In this document: positions 55,353 to 64,000 of the stretch, piece after piece | Layout of the letters: each line of letters begins with the position of its first letter | How positions within the stretch are numbered: position 1 is the stretch's first letter | Source: an uncultured virus (IMG/VR IMGVR_UViG_3300030012_002808) | Taxonomy: Duplodnaviria; Heunggongvirae; Uroviricota; Caudoviricetes | Length of the DNA: 64,000 nt | Strand: one strand, 5' to 3' | IMG/VR virus record: IMGVR_UViG_3300030012_002808 | Position numbers and translations under genes: made by a program | The notes under the pieces: model-generated | Seen by the model: the letters and a program-made list of their open reading frames with translations, nothing else | The model's database searches: none | What the model was told of the DNA's origin: nothing

Positions 55353-58300
55353 TTACTTATTATAGTTAAACCCAACATTAGATGGGGTCATACCAAATAC
55401 CTTTTCTGCATTAGCAATAGCTTCTTCATTACCTTCCTTAACAAACTTTTTATACATCATTTGATTTTGCATAGAAGCTGCATTTATTGCTTCCATCATA
55501 CTTCTTTGAATATCCTCAAGTGTTGAACCATTTCTATTTACACCGTAAGATAAAGGTTGAGGCGATGAGGTTTTAATTGTACCATCTGCCATCAACCCCT
55601 GCAAAGTAAAAATACCTTGATGTGTTACCCCAGGGACACCATCAACTTTTTGTATAATGTAAGAACCTGCATTATAAGGATCTTGATATTCAATTTCACC
55701 AAGAGCATTTAAAGCCATTTCTAATGGTGTTTCTTTATTTGTAGTTATAAATTCATTAGTCCATTCATTTTTTGGAGCAATAAATGTTATACCATTACTC
55801 ATAATATTATCAATAGATGCATTGATAGCGCTTTTATCATCAGTCTCACCCTCATAATTTTGATATGGTACTGACTTAATATTCTCTTCTAAAAACTTTC
55901 TACTTGGAAATATAGTAATTGCATTTGTATTTCTATCTTCCATAGCTATACGCGAGTTACTAATTTTAATAGGATCTATTTTAGAACCAGCTTTAATTGC
56001 ATTTTGAAATAAAGTTTCTACAAGACGCACAGCCTTATTTGGTTCTAAATCATGTTTAAACCTACCATCTTCTTGTGACTCAGGTTTTGCTAAACCAACA
56101 GTACTAACTCTATAATTACCTACTTGATTAAAAGTAATTTTATTTAGATCTTGTATAATACCTTGGAAATCTCTAAAACCTTGGCTTTGTGGATCTTGCA
56201 TATTTACATATCTATCTTCAAAGTTACTAGCTAATGAAGCTTTTCCACCGATAGCACCTGAACTAATACCATTAATCATAGTAAGAAGTCCTGTTTCTTT
56301 ATTTGGATCATAGACAATACCATTATAAGCCTCATCTAAAACAGATTCTATATCATTAGCAAAAGAGCTTGCTTGTTCAACCTCTCCTGCAGCAGTATTA
56401 TTTTGTTTTCTCCATTCTGCAGCTAACTCATCTCTATAATCTGAAACTGGATCATAACCTGAAGCTCTTGGTATATCCCAATAATCAGCTGTATTAATTA
56501 ATTCAGGTTCAGATTCTAAACCATACTGTCGTTCTAATGATTGCATAGTAGCATCATTATCTATATATCTATTTAGCTCTTCCCATTGCTCACTACTTAA
56601 ACCTTTTGTTTCATTCCAATCAGTTCCCTTTTTAATTTTACCTACAACTTCTCTTTGCTTAATAGCATTTTTTTCAAGTATCTTAGGTAAAATGTTTTCT
56701 AAAACATATGATTCTACATCAGGACCAGCATAATCAGTACCATCAATATTTACTAACTCATCCACATCCTCTAATTCTCTACCATCTTGTATAGCAGTTT
56801 CATTTTCTCCTAACTTTCTAACAAGACCAGCTCCATCAAAATATTGTTCCTTATAATATTCAGCTAAATCATGTATATCATCTTCATCTAAAACATCAGA
56901 ATACTTTTTAGTCAAAGCTATTTTTAAACCATCCATTACTTTAGATGAATTAATATCATAGATTTTTTCATTAGCCTGTTCCAGTTGAAGATATTGTTCA
57001 AACTTCATTCTAGAATCTACTAGTTTAGGTTCAGATACTAACCATCTATCAGATGTAGTAGATCCTGCGTTTTTTATTAACCAATTTTCCCAACCATCAT
57101 GAGCAAAAGTATTTTGCATCATACTTCTACCTTTAGTCTTATCTTTAGTCCAAGTTTCATACATTTTTTGAAACTTATCAAAAGCCTTCTCATTTGCATC
57201 TTCACTAAAAGATCCCAGTCTTTGAAATAAAGTATTTGGGTTTAATGTATTTTCACCAGCAAGCATAGTAGCTGCCATTAATTCACTTATGCCAGGGGCA
57301 AACCTATCTGGATTAGGTCTAAGTGTTACCTGACTACCATCTTGTAATGTACCAATATATCCATTAGGAGATTTTACAACGTCCTTATATTTACCTGTGG
57401 ACATATAAAACTCCTTAGTACTCATTGCTTTTATCTTTCTACCAATGGCACTATTAGGATCTAATCTATCATTACCACCTTTAACTGCCATTTCTCTAGC
57501 AAAAGTTCCAACACTAACTAAATTTTTATCAGTTAAAATTTGATTCAACTCTTTTTTAGTAATTGCATTTGTTTTAACTAAGTTATGCAAAGTTGTATAT
57601 AACGCATCATAAAATGGATCTTTGGCAGCACTCTCAGAGTTCTTTAACATTTCTGCATTCAATGCTGCTAAATCTATAGGATCTTCAGTTGTACTTCCTG
57701 GATCACTACTTTTTCTTTCAAAAGTTTTATCATAGTCATCATTATTAACTAATGTACCACCAAGTAAAGGGTTTTTAGGATCAATAGCTTTATATTGAAA
57801 CTTACCATTTTTTATACCCCAGTCTATATATTTTTGATGAGCTTTTGCTTTTGCTTTTAATGTATTCTCATACTCAATTTGACTTCTTTTGTATTTATTT
57901 TTTATTCTCTCCAACCCAAGTTTACTTAAGTCTTGTTCATATACAGCATCTATAGTAGAATAACCTTGCGCAGCCAAACCAATATCTGCACGAGCAAACT
58001 GAGAGGCCATACCTGCATCTACCTTCATTCTAGCTAAATCCATATTCTGAAGATTTAAACCCCCAGATTGACCTTGAGTAACTGCAGTTCTATTAGCATC
58101 ATTGAGTTTAGCGTTTAGTTTACGTGTACTCATCAAGATTGCTTCTTGTACTGTGGCTCCAGAAGCCAATGCTTCTAAATATTTTTTTTGTTTAGGATTT
58201 ACATTACCAGCTTCTATAGCATCTTCAACTTCATTAGACTTTTGTTTAGTAACTTTTAAATCTTCAGCAGCTAATTTATTTTGATCATTTGCTTGGTTAG

Positions 58301-59132
58301 CTAACCAGTTATATTGTTTTTCTAAATAAGCTTTTTCTGCAGCGTTTTTATCAGAACCATATTCACCTAAATGTTGATTAATCCAGTCCTTTCTTTCCAC
58401 ATATGCTCTTACTCTATATATATCCTGAAGCTTTGGATTTTTAGCATACTCTGCAATAAACATTTGATTTAATGTTGGTATCAACTGTTGACCGTTTCTT
58501 GCAGTAATAGTTATATCACCATAAGGATCTTTTTGACCTTGTTGATTTACATTATATTTAGATTGAGCTTTAATGCCTAGCTTTTTAGCCATGTCCATAT
58601 AATGCTGCACCGAATTAATATATGGTGTATACTTAACATTATTAAAACCCAATGTTTCCTCTAAAGTAGCATCAGCAAAATCTTGCATCTGATAGTTAAT
58701 AGCTTTAATACCTTGAGGCCACCATTGAGAAGATAACTTTTCATCTTGAGAGTTTTGCAAAGAGTTAGCTCTTGCCAATACATTATAAGCATTCTTTGTA
58801 TATGCCATATCTTTCATCAAGTACTTATCTTCATAGAATGGTCTAAATACTTGTGTAGCCTGCTGTACATTTTGTTGTAATGATAAATCAAGATTAGTTA
58901 CCTTCTTTAAGTTATTATCTATATCTCTAAGTAGAACATCCTTTTTTTCTTTATTTAGATTGTGAGTCAAAGGAGCATTGATAATATCAGAATAGATATT
59001 ATTAAGTTCATTATAGTTTTTATCATACTGATTTTGCTTAGTCTGCAAAACATTAGCATAAAAGTTAAAGTCAGGCTGAAAAGGCTGATAATCTGGTATG
59101 TAATCTGTTACTCCCTGTAAATACGTTGCCAT
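55353..59132 (-). CDS. large virion (cargo) protein
   Basis: 1259 aa, MATYLQG..YIP..QPFQPD N-terminus, in the structural operon. Confidence 0.75.
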   Translation of the reverse strand: MATYLQGVTDYIPDYQPFQPDFNFYANVLQTKQNQYDKNYNELNNIYSDIINAPLTHNLNKEKKDVLLRDIDNNLKKVTNLDLSLQQNVQQATQVFRPFYEDKYLMKDMAYTKNAYNVLARANSLQNSQDEKLSSQWWPQGIKAINYQMQDFADATLEETLGFNNVKYTPYINSVQHYMDMAKKLGIKAQSKYNVNQQGQKDPYGDITITARNGQQLIPTLNQMFIAEYAKNPKLQDIYRVRAYVERKDWINQHLGEYGSDKNAAEKAYLEKQYNWLANQANDQNKLAAEDLKVTKQKSNEVEDAIEAGNVNPKQKKYLEALASGATVQEAILMSTRKLNAKLNDANRTAVTQGQSGGLNLQNMDLARMKVDAGMASQFARADIGLAAQGYSTIDAVYEQDLSKLGLERIKNKYKRSQIEYENTLKAKAKAHQKYIDWGIKNGKFQYKAIDPKNPLLGGTLVNNDDYDKTFERKSSDPGSTTEDPIDLAALNAEMLKNSESAAKDPFYDALYTTLHNLVKTNAITKKELNQILTDKNLVSVGTFAREMAVKGGNDRLDPNSAIGRKIKAMSTKEFYMSTGKYKDVVKSPNGYIGTLQDGSQVTLRPNPDRFAPGISELMAATMLAGENTLNPNTLFQRLGSFSEDANEKAFDKFQKMYETWTKDKTKGRSMMQNTFAHDGWENWLIKNAGSTTSDRWLVSEPKLVDSRMKFEQYLQLEQANEKIYDINSSKVMDGLKIALTKKYSDVLDEDDIHDLAEYYKEQYFDGAGLVRKLGENETAIQDGRELEDVDELVNIDGTDYAGPDVESYVLENILPKILEKNAIKQREVVGKIKKGTDWNETKGLSSEQWEELNRYIDNDATMQSLERQYGLESEPELINTADYWDIPRASGYDPVSDYRDELAAEWRKQNNTAAGEVEQASSFANDIESVLDEAYNGIVYDPNKETGLLTMINGISSGAIGGKASLASNFEDRYVNMQDPQSQGFRDFQGIIQDLNKITFNQVGNYRVSTVGLAKPESQEDGRFKHDLEPNKAVRLVETLFQNAIKAGSKIDPIKISNSRIAMEDRNTNAITIFPSRKFLEENIKSVPYQNYEGETDDKSAINASIDNIMSNGITFIAPKNEWTNEFITTNKETPLEMALNALGEIEYQDPYNAGSYIIQKVDGVPGVTHQGIFTLQGLMADGTIKTSSPQPLSYGVNRNGSTLEDIQRSMMEAINAASMQNQMMYKKFVKEGNEEAIANAEKVFGMTPSNVGFNYNK

Positions 59133-59191
59133 AATTTATTGTCTATTTGTAAATCTATTAAAATTTTATAAGTTTAATAAATGTTTAAAGT

Positions 59192-62100
59192 TTATAATAT
59201 AAATGGATATACATTACTTGCATAAACAAATCCGCCATCATCATATACATATCCGCCTTTTTGATTTCCTTGTATTGGAAGATTACCAGCATTAACACCA
59301 CCATATCCTGGAGGTGTCCCAGAATTACTAACAGATGTAGCACTAGCTTGCAACTTCTCTTTCATCTCTATACACTGTTTTATTTCTGCTTCACTAGTTG
59401 CACCTTCATTCTGACATTCTGTTTTTAATTGACCATAGCTCTTACGAACAGTTGAACGTTTACCAGTCATATCTCTACCACCTTTAAATATTAAACTACC
59501 TCCATCAGCTGGATTAATATCATACTGCTCATTCAATGCATTAAGATTCTGTTGCTTCTGTCTATTTGTAATAGCATTTGTATACAGATTTCTTAAGTTA
59601 GTTCTAGCAGCTAACTTAGCATTATCAAACTGTTGATTAGCTACAGTGGTTTGATCATACAAGTTCTGACTTATCTGTTGATTAGTAAGTTGTTCTTGAT
59701 TTCTGATACCAACCTTCTGTTGCTCATTAGCATTAGCAGCAGCTATGTTGTTTACGTTATACTGATTTAATGTATCTGCAGCTTGTTTAGCAGCTTGACC
59801 TTGTATACTAGCAGCTCTTGCAGATTGAGCCTGTGCTCCAGCAAACTGACTAATTGCTTGTGTTTGTATATTAGCCTGTTCAGCTTGTGCTGCAAGCTCT
59901 CTAGTTGGATCAGCATATATAGCATCAGGTTCTTCAAGATCTACTCTTGGCGCCCAAGGCATATATTTTTTAATACCCATTAAATCACCAAAGGCTCCAG
60001 TAGTTTTAATTGTATCTTGTAGCCACCATGGAGCTGGTTCATCTTCTACAAGTATATTTTCATTCTCTTCACATGGTAAACAATCACCTGTTGCAGGGTC
60101 CACACCTACATCTATTATACTACCATCTTTTTTCTCACATGGACATTTCTTTTTATCCTCTTTAGGATCACATGGACATTTACCATTCTCATCTTTTTCC
60201 ATATAGAAATCACCATTAGGATCATCACATTGACAACCATAATCTACACTAGTTGATTTTATACCTGTAAGTTCTCCAGCAGTAGTGTTACCATATACAC
60301 TTGCATATCTATTACTACCACGCCCATTTGGATCTAATTCTTCAGGCTGTACTATACCATCACCATCTAAATCTAAACTTTCAAAATCATCTATAGGAGA
60401 TACATTAGTACCAAGATAACCTCTCATTCCAGTTTCATCTGGATCACCCTCTTGTTGTTGACCCATAAAGTTTCTAATAGCAAATTGTGTATCTGCATCA
60501 TAACTACTTGCATTATTCATCATATTAGCATATGCATGAAAACCTGCTTGTTGAGCCGCTCTACTATTTTTACCATCACCTAGTTCACCGCTTCCAGAAC
60601 CCATTTCTAAAGGTTCACCTATAGCAGTTGCTATTTGACCTAAAGAAATATTATTAGGATTTACTAAATCACCATTTCTATCACGTCTACCATATTCTTC
60701 AGCTATAAACTTTTTAGCTGAATTAAATTCTGTTTGAGTAGTTATAGGTGTACCTGTTTCAGGATTTACTACATCCATACCAGAATTTATACGAGCCTCT
60801 ACATCAGGCCAACTTCTAAAACCTTTACCACTATTACTAAATAATACAGGATCAATTTGTTTAGCTTTAAACATCAAGTTCCTTTTCTGCATCTTCATGA
60901 ACTGTTCAATTCTTTCATCTGGGCTAAAAGCTCTTAATGATGCTTCATTTGCTGTTTTAGCAGCAGCATTTCTATAACCACGAACATCTGATATTGAATT
61001 TTCATATTCTTTATTAAATTGATCTCTAATCTTAGGGTCTTTAAAACCTTCTTTTAAAAGATAATATTGAATAGCAGCCGCTTTACCAGAAGGAGTTGTG
61101 CCAAAATCAGTACCCATAGTTTCTTCATCATAATCAGGAGTAACCCCTGTTTGATATTTACCTATACTTTTGGTACCATCAGCATTAACTCTAATAATTT
61201 TTTTTCCGTCTTGATTTGCTTGCCAAGCTTTTCTTTCATAATCAGGATCATTAACATTAATTTCTACACCATTCTGTGCTTTAGGTATAGATCTACCTAC
61301 AGAAGCTTTAGGTGTATCATAAAATGGCATATCATAACCACCCATCATCATACCATACATAGCCATAGGCATACCACCATATTGTTTCTCTGGTATTTTT
61401 GGCGCATCTATACCATATTGTTCTAATCCTTGATAAAATAAATCTAAATCATTAGACCACTCAGTATTATGAGGACCTTCTGTTAAACCTTCTTCCATTA
61501 ACCTCACAATACCTTGTAAGTGATCGGGATTATTATAATCTTTTACTAGACAATCTAAGCAAAACTTAAATGTGCCATCAGCATTCATCATATCAGGATC
61601 CTGATTCCACATGTCAGGATTATTTATAAAGTAATCATACTCTCCTCTAGCATAATCATAAAAACTTTGTGGCTCATCTTGAACTTCAGCTTGTTGTACA
61701 TCAATGCCATTTTGAGCTCTTAAAATTCTTCCACCAAAAGACATTGATGGTTGTGCAACAGGAGCTTGATTCATTTCTTCTGCTTCAGCAACATCTTCAC
61801 TCATCTCAGCGCCTTCTCCACCACCTTCTTTTTCTTCAACCTTTTTTGTTAATTGTTGATTTACTGCTTTTAACTGAGGGTTAACAATATCAGCCTCCTC
61901 AATATTATAGATTTTTGCAGCGGGCTGTGCAACAGCAGGTAAACCTTGCGGCATACCTTTCATAGACTCTTGTACTAAAGCTAACTCAGCTAGTTTAAGA
62001 TTATAATTCTTAATCATTAACTCAGCTGTTTTTCTTGATAACTGATCTGAATCAGGATCTTCTAAAATTTTTCTATACTTATTAATATCATATTGTTTAG

Positions 62101-62500
62101 CAATCTTAGCAGGAGTTAAAGATTTTTTTTCATTCTTACCAAAACGTTTTAAAAGTTTTGGGTCTTTTACTTTCATTGATCTAGTATCACTATAGATAAA
62201 AGTATCTTCTGGTAAGCTTAAAGGAACACCACCACCACTATGGCGTGGACCTTTTATTATTTTATGTTCTGGAATACCATCACCATTCAAATCACCAAGT
62301 ACAGTTTCACCACCTTCAGCCTCAACATTAGCCTCATCTCTAGGTACACTAGTTATAAACTTACTTAAACTTAATGCAGGCTGTTGCATAGACTGAGTAC
62401 TTCGCCCACCCATTGCAGCATTATCATTATACAAGCTATAATCTACTTGTTGTCCGACTTTAGCTTTAGGTAATCTTTTTATTCTTACTCTTCTTTTCAT
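59192..62500 (-). CDS. virion/cargo protein with crAss-type EAEGGE...GPRHSGGGV domain
   Basis: 1102 aa; repeated xxxGG/AxxG motifs, CxC cluster, EF-hand-like loop, Q/N/A-rich coiled coil. Confidence 0.75.
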   Translation of the reverse strand: MKRRVRIKRLPKAKVGQQVDYSLYNDNAAMGGRSTQSMQQPALSLSKFITSVPRDEANVEAEGGETVLGDLNGDGIPEHKIIKGPRHSGGGVPLSLPEDTFIYSDTRSMKVKDPKLLKRFGKNEKKSLTPAKIAKQYDINKYRKILEDPDSDQLSRKTAELMIKNYNLKLAELALVQESMKGMPQGLPAVAQPAAKIYNIEEADIVNPQLKAVNQQLTKKVEEKEGGGEGAEMSEDVAEAEEMNQAPVAQPSMSFGGRILRAQNGIDVQQAEVQDEPQSFYDYARGEYDYFINNPDMWNQDPDMMNADGTFKFCLDCLVKDYNNPDHLQGIVRLMEEGLTEGPHNTEWSNDLDLFYQGLEQYGIDAPKIPEKQYGGMPMAMYGMMMGGYDMPFYDTPKASVGRSIPKAQNGVEINVNDPDYERKAWQANQDGKKIIRVNADGTKSIGKYQTGVTPDYDEETMGTDFGTTPSGKAAAIQYYLLKEGFKDPKIRDQFNKEYENSISDVRGYRNAAAKTANEASLRAFSPDERIEQFMKMQKRNLMFKAKQIDPVLFSNSGKGFRSWPDVEARINSGMDVVNPETGTPITTQTEFNSAKKFIAEEYGRRDRNGDLVNPNNISLGQIATAIGEPLEMGSGSGELGDGKNSRAAQQAGFHAYANMMNNASSYDADTQFAIRNFMGQQQEGDPDETGMRGYLGTNVSPIDDFESLDLDGDGIVQPEELDPNGRGSNRYASVYGNTTAGELTGIKSTSVDYGCQCDDPNGDFYMEKDENGKCPCDPKEDKKKCPCEKKDGSIIDVGVDPATGDCLPCEENENILVEDEPAPWWLQDTIKTTGAFGDLMGIKKYMPWAPRVDLEEPDAIYADPTRELAAQAEQANIQTQAISQFAGAQAQSARAASIQGQAAKQAADTLNQYNVNNIAAANANEQQKVGIRNQEQLTNQQISQNLYDQTTVANQQFDNAKLAARTNLRNLYTNAITNRQKQQNLNALNEQYDINPADGGSLIFKGGRDMTGKRSTVRKSYGQLKTECQNEGATSEAEIKQCIEMKEKLQASATSVSNSGTPPGYGGVNAGNLPIQGNQKGGYVYDDGGFVYASNVYPFIL

Positions 62501-62501
62501 A

Positions 62502-64000
62502 CTATATAAAATCTAATTCTACCCCATTGGCAAGTAAATATTCTATTAATTCTTCTGGTAACTCATATTCACCATTTTCTTCAAACTGGTCCATGTAACC
62601 ACCCTCTTGCATAAACCTACCGTACTTAGCTGTGTTCATACCAGTACTATCTTCTTGACCCATTTGATCAAAGTTCTGTAAACCAAGTTGCTTACCTCCA
62701 ATATCAACCTTATCACCTTTATAAGTTTTAACTGTATTAGCATATAAGTTTTCTGGTCTAGTCATCTCATCATTATAATCAGCATAATCATTCTTTCTAT
62801 TAGACCTAGACTTAAGTCCAGCAATACCTCGTATACCAGCTATAGACACATTAGCTAATGCTTCACCATCTGTTACTTTAGTTCTTCTTTTTAATTTGTT
62901 TTCAAACATAACCTGTTTACCCTTCTTTTTATTTTTATCATTATACTGATAATTATAAAAATCATTTTGAATAGGATCTACAGCTTGATTAGGATCTACA
63001 GTAATATTATTAGGTTGTGGATCAGGCATGTCTGGTGTATTATTATTCATAAATGCTCCCATACTACCCATCATGCCTTGATTAGGATCTAGGTTAGTAA
63101 TTTCTGCATCAAGATTAACTTCCATATTAGGTTGAGGTGCATTGACACCCATGTTACTAGTAAAACCTCCACTTTGCATTTGAACTGCATCAGCTAAACC
63201 AGGATAACCAATTCTATCATAAAGACTTTCTAAACCATCTTTATATTTTTGCACTCCAATTTTAAGTCTAGTCTTCATATCTAAATCACGATTTGGAAAT
63301 AGTTGATCAGCAAGTCTTCTTCTAGAACCTATGTTAGAACTTTCTCTACTTTTACTTTTATCTTTAAAAGGACTACCTAATAAAAATGGGACATTACCTT
63401 CAGGATTTCTTTTAGCTCTTCTATCAGCTCTGTCTGACTGTCTCTCACCCCTTCTAATTTTTCTTCGCACACTTCCTTTTAAGTCACCATACTTATCTTT
63501 AAAACTTCTTTCTGGAATATCAAAGTTAATTAACTTTTGAGTAGCTTGATTTCTAGAATCTATTTGATTTTCTAGCTCACTAGAATCATCAGATCCAGTA
63601 GTATAATAATCAATATACTTTTTAGGCATACCCCTTCTATTAGTTTTAAGAACCTCTCTTCTCAATGGAGTAAGTTCATTCATAGGACCTGTATAATCAG
63701 TTTTAGTTTTTATATAAGGCATTCTACCAAACATCCTATTAGCTGGAAATAACATATCACGTAAAGCACCTCTTCTACCACTAAATGTACCATAAGGAAC
63801 CGTTTGTCTATTATAGTTTATAGTAGCTTTTCTAATAGGGTAACCTTCATAAGGATCAACAGCATTTTTTTCAGCCTGTCCAGCATTCATAAATGCTTTT
63901 GCTACCTTATATGCAGCACCACCTTTTTGTGCCATTGGTGTATCTTCCATTTCACCACCCTCTTGTTTTATTTTACCTAAAGAAAAATGTGGTACAACCC
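62502..64000 (-). CDS. virion/cargo protein, 5'-truncated by the window edge
   Basis: frame stays open from 63950 to the edge (VVPHFSLGKIKQEGGE-MED...); several xxxGG motifs. Confidence 0.75.
   Translation of the reverse strand, partial: VVPHFSLGKIKQEGGEMEDTPMAQKGGAAYKVAKAFMNAGQAEKNAVDPYEGYPIRKATINYNRQTVPYGTFSGRRGALRDMLFPANRMFGRMPYIKTKTDYTGPMNELTPLRREVLKTNRRGMPKKYIDYYTTGSDDSSELENQIDSRNQATQKLINFDIPERSFKDKYGDLKGSVRRKIRRGERQSDRADRRAKRNPEGNVPFLLGSPFKDKSKSRESSNIGSRRRLADQLFPNRDLDMKTRLKIGVQKYKDGLESLYDRIGYPGLADAVQMQSGGFTSNMGVNAPQPNMEVNLDAEITNLDPNQGMMGSMGAFMNNNTPDMPDPQPNNITVDPNQAVDPIQNDFYNYQYNDKNKKKGKQVMFENKLKRRTKVTDGEALANVSIAGIRGIAGLKSRSNRKNDYADYNDEMTRPENLYANTVKTYKGDKVDIGGKQLGLQNFDQMGQEDSTGMNTAKYGRFMQEGGYMDQFEENGEYELPEELIEYLLANGVELDFI

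Noticed and set aside
35545..63540. Short plus-strand ORFs inside the giant minus-strand genes
   Set aside because: Ser/Leu/Ile-rich antisense shadows with no motifs
1..64000. Stop-codon reassignment as in some crAss-like phages
   Set aside because: Genes up to 9.7 kb are intact in code 11, TAG and TGA end genes right at the next start or terminator, and there is no suppressor tRNA
1..64000. Integrase, transposase or diversity-generating retroelement
   Set aside because: No recombinase, DDE or reverse-transcriptase motifs and no template/variable repeat pair seen

Overview
This 64 kb window is part of an AT-rich, crAss-like (Crassvirales-related) dsDNA phage genome. The host is probably Bacteroidota, judged from TAnnTTTG promoters and a Bacteroidota-type ClpS. 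It uses the standard code 11 and has two convergent arms meeting at a terminator near 32,120-32,156. The + arm (1-32,099) starts with small accessory genes, a DUF2828/TROVE(Ro)-like vWA protein surrounded by structured non-coding elements, an HNH nuclease, SF2 helicase, ClpS, an SplB-like radical SAM enzyme, and tRNA-Arg(TCT) followed by a ~290-nt structured RNA. It continues with a replication module: Ung, DnaB, Sak4-like ATPase, SSB-like protein, primase, GIY-YIG nuclease, DUF2201-vWA plus MoxR-type ATPase, PD-(D/E)XK exonuclease, PolB and a DUF932-like protein. The - arm (32,161 to beyond 64,000) encodes giant virion/ejection proteins, including a virion RNA polymerase with GGDFDIDK. No capsid, portal or terminase genes are in the window. 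The best candidates for new biology are: (1) a Ro-like protein preceded by three TTCAGCA-bearing stem RNAs and followed by four more folded RNAs; (2) the large ncRNA downstream of the tRNA; (3) head-to-tail terminal cysteines on consecutive giant ejection proteins; (4) an NLxx[ML]xxSxDxDN motif shared by three proteins around the vWA-MoxR pair; (5) a repeated AAAACAAAGATGA junction between small accessory genes. All family calls come from motif recognition by eye, not database searches.
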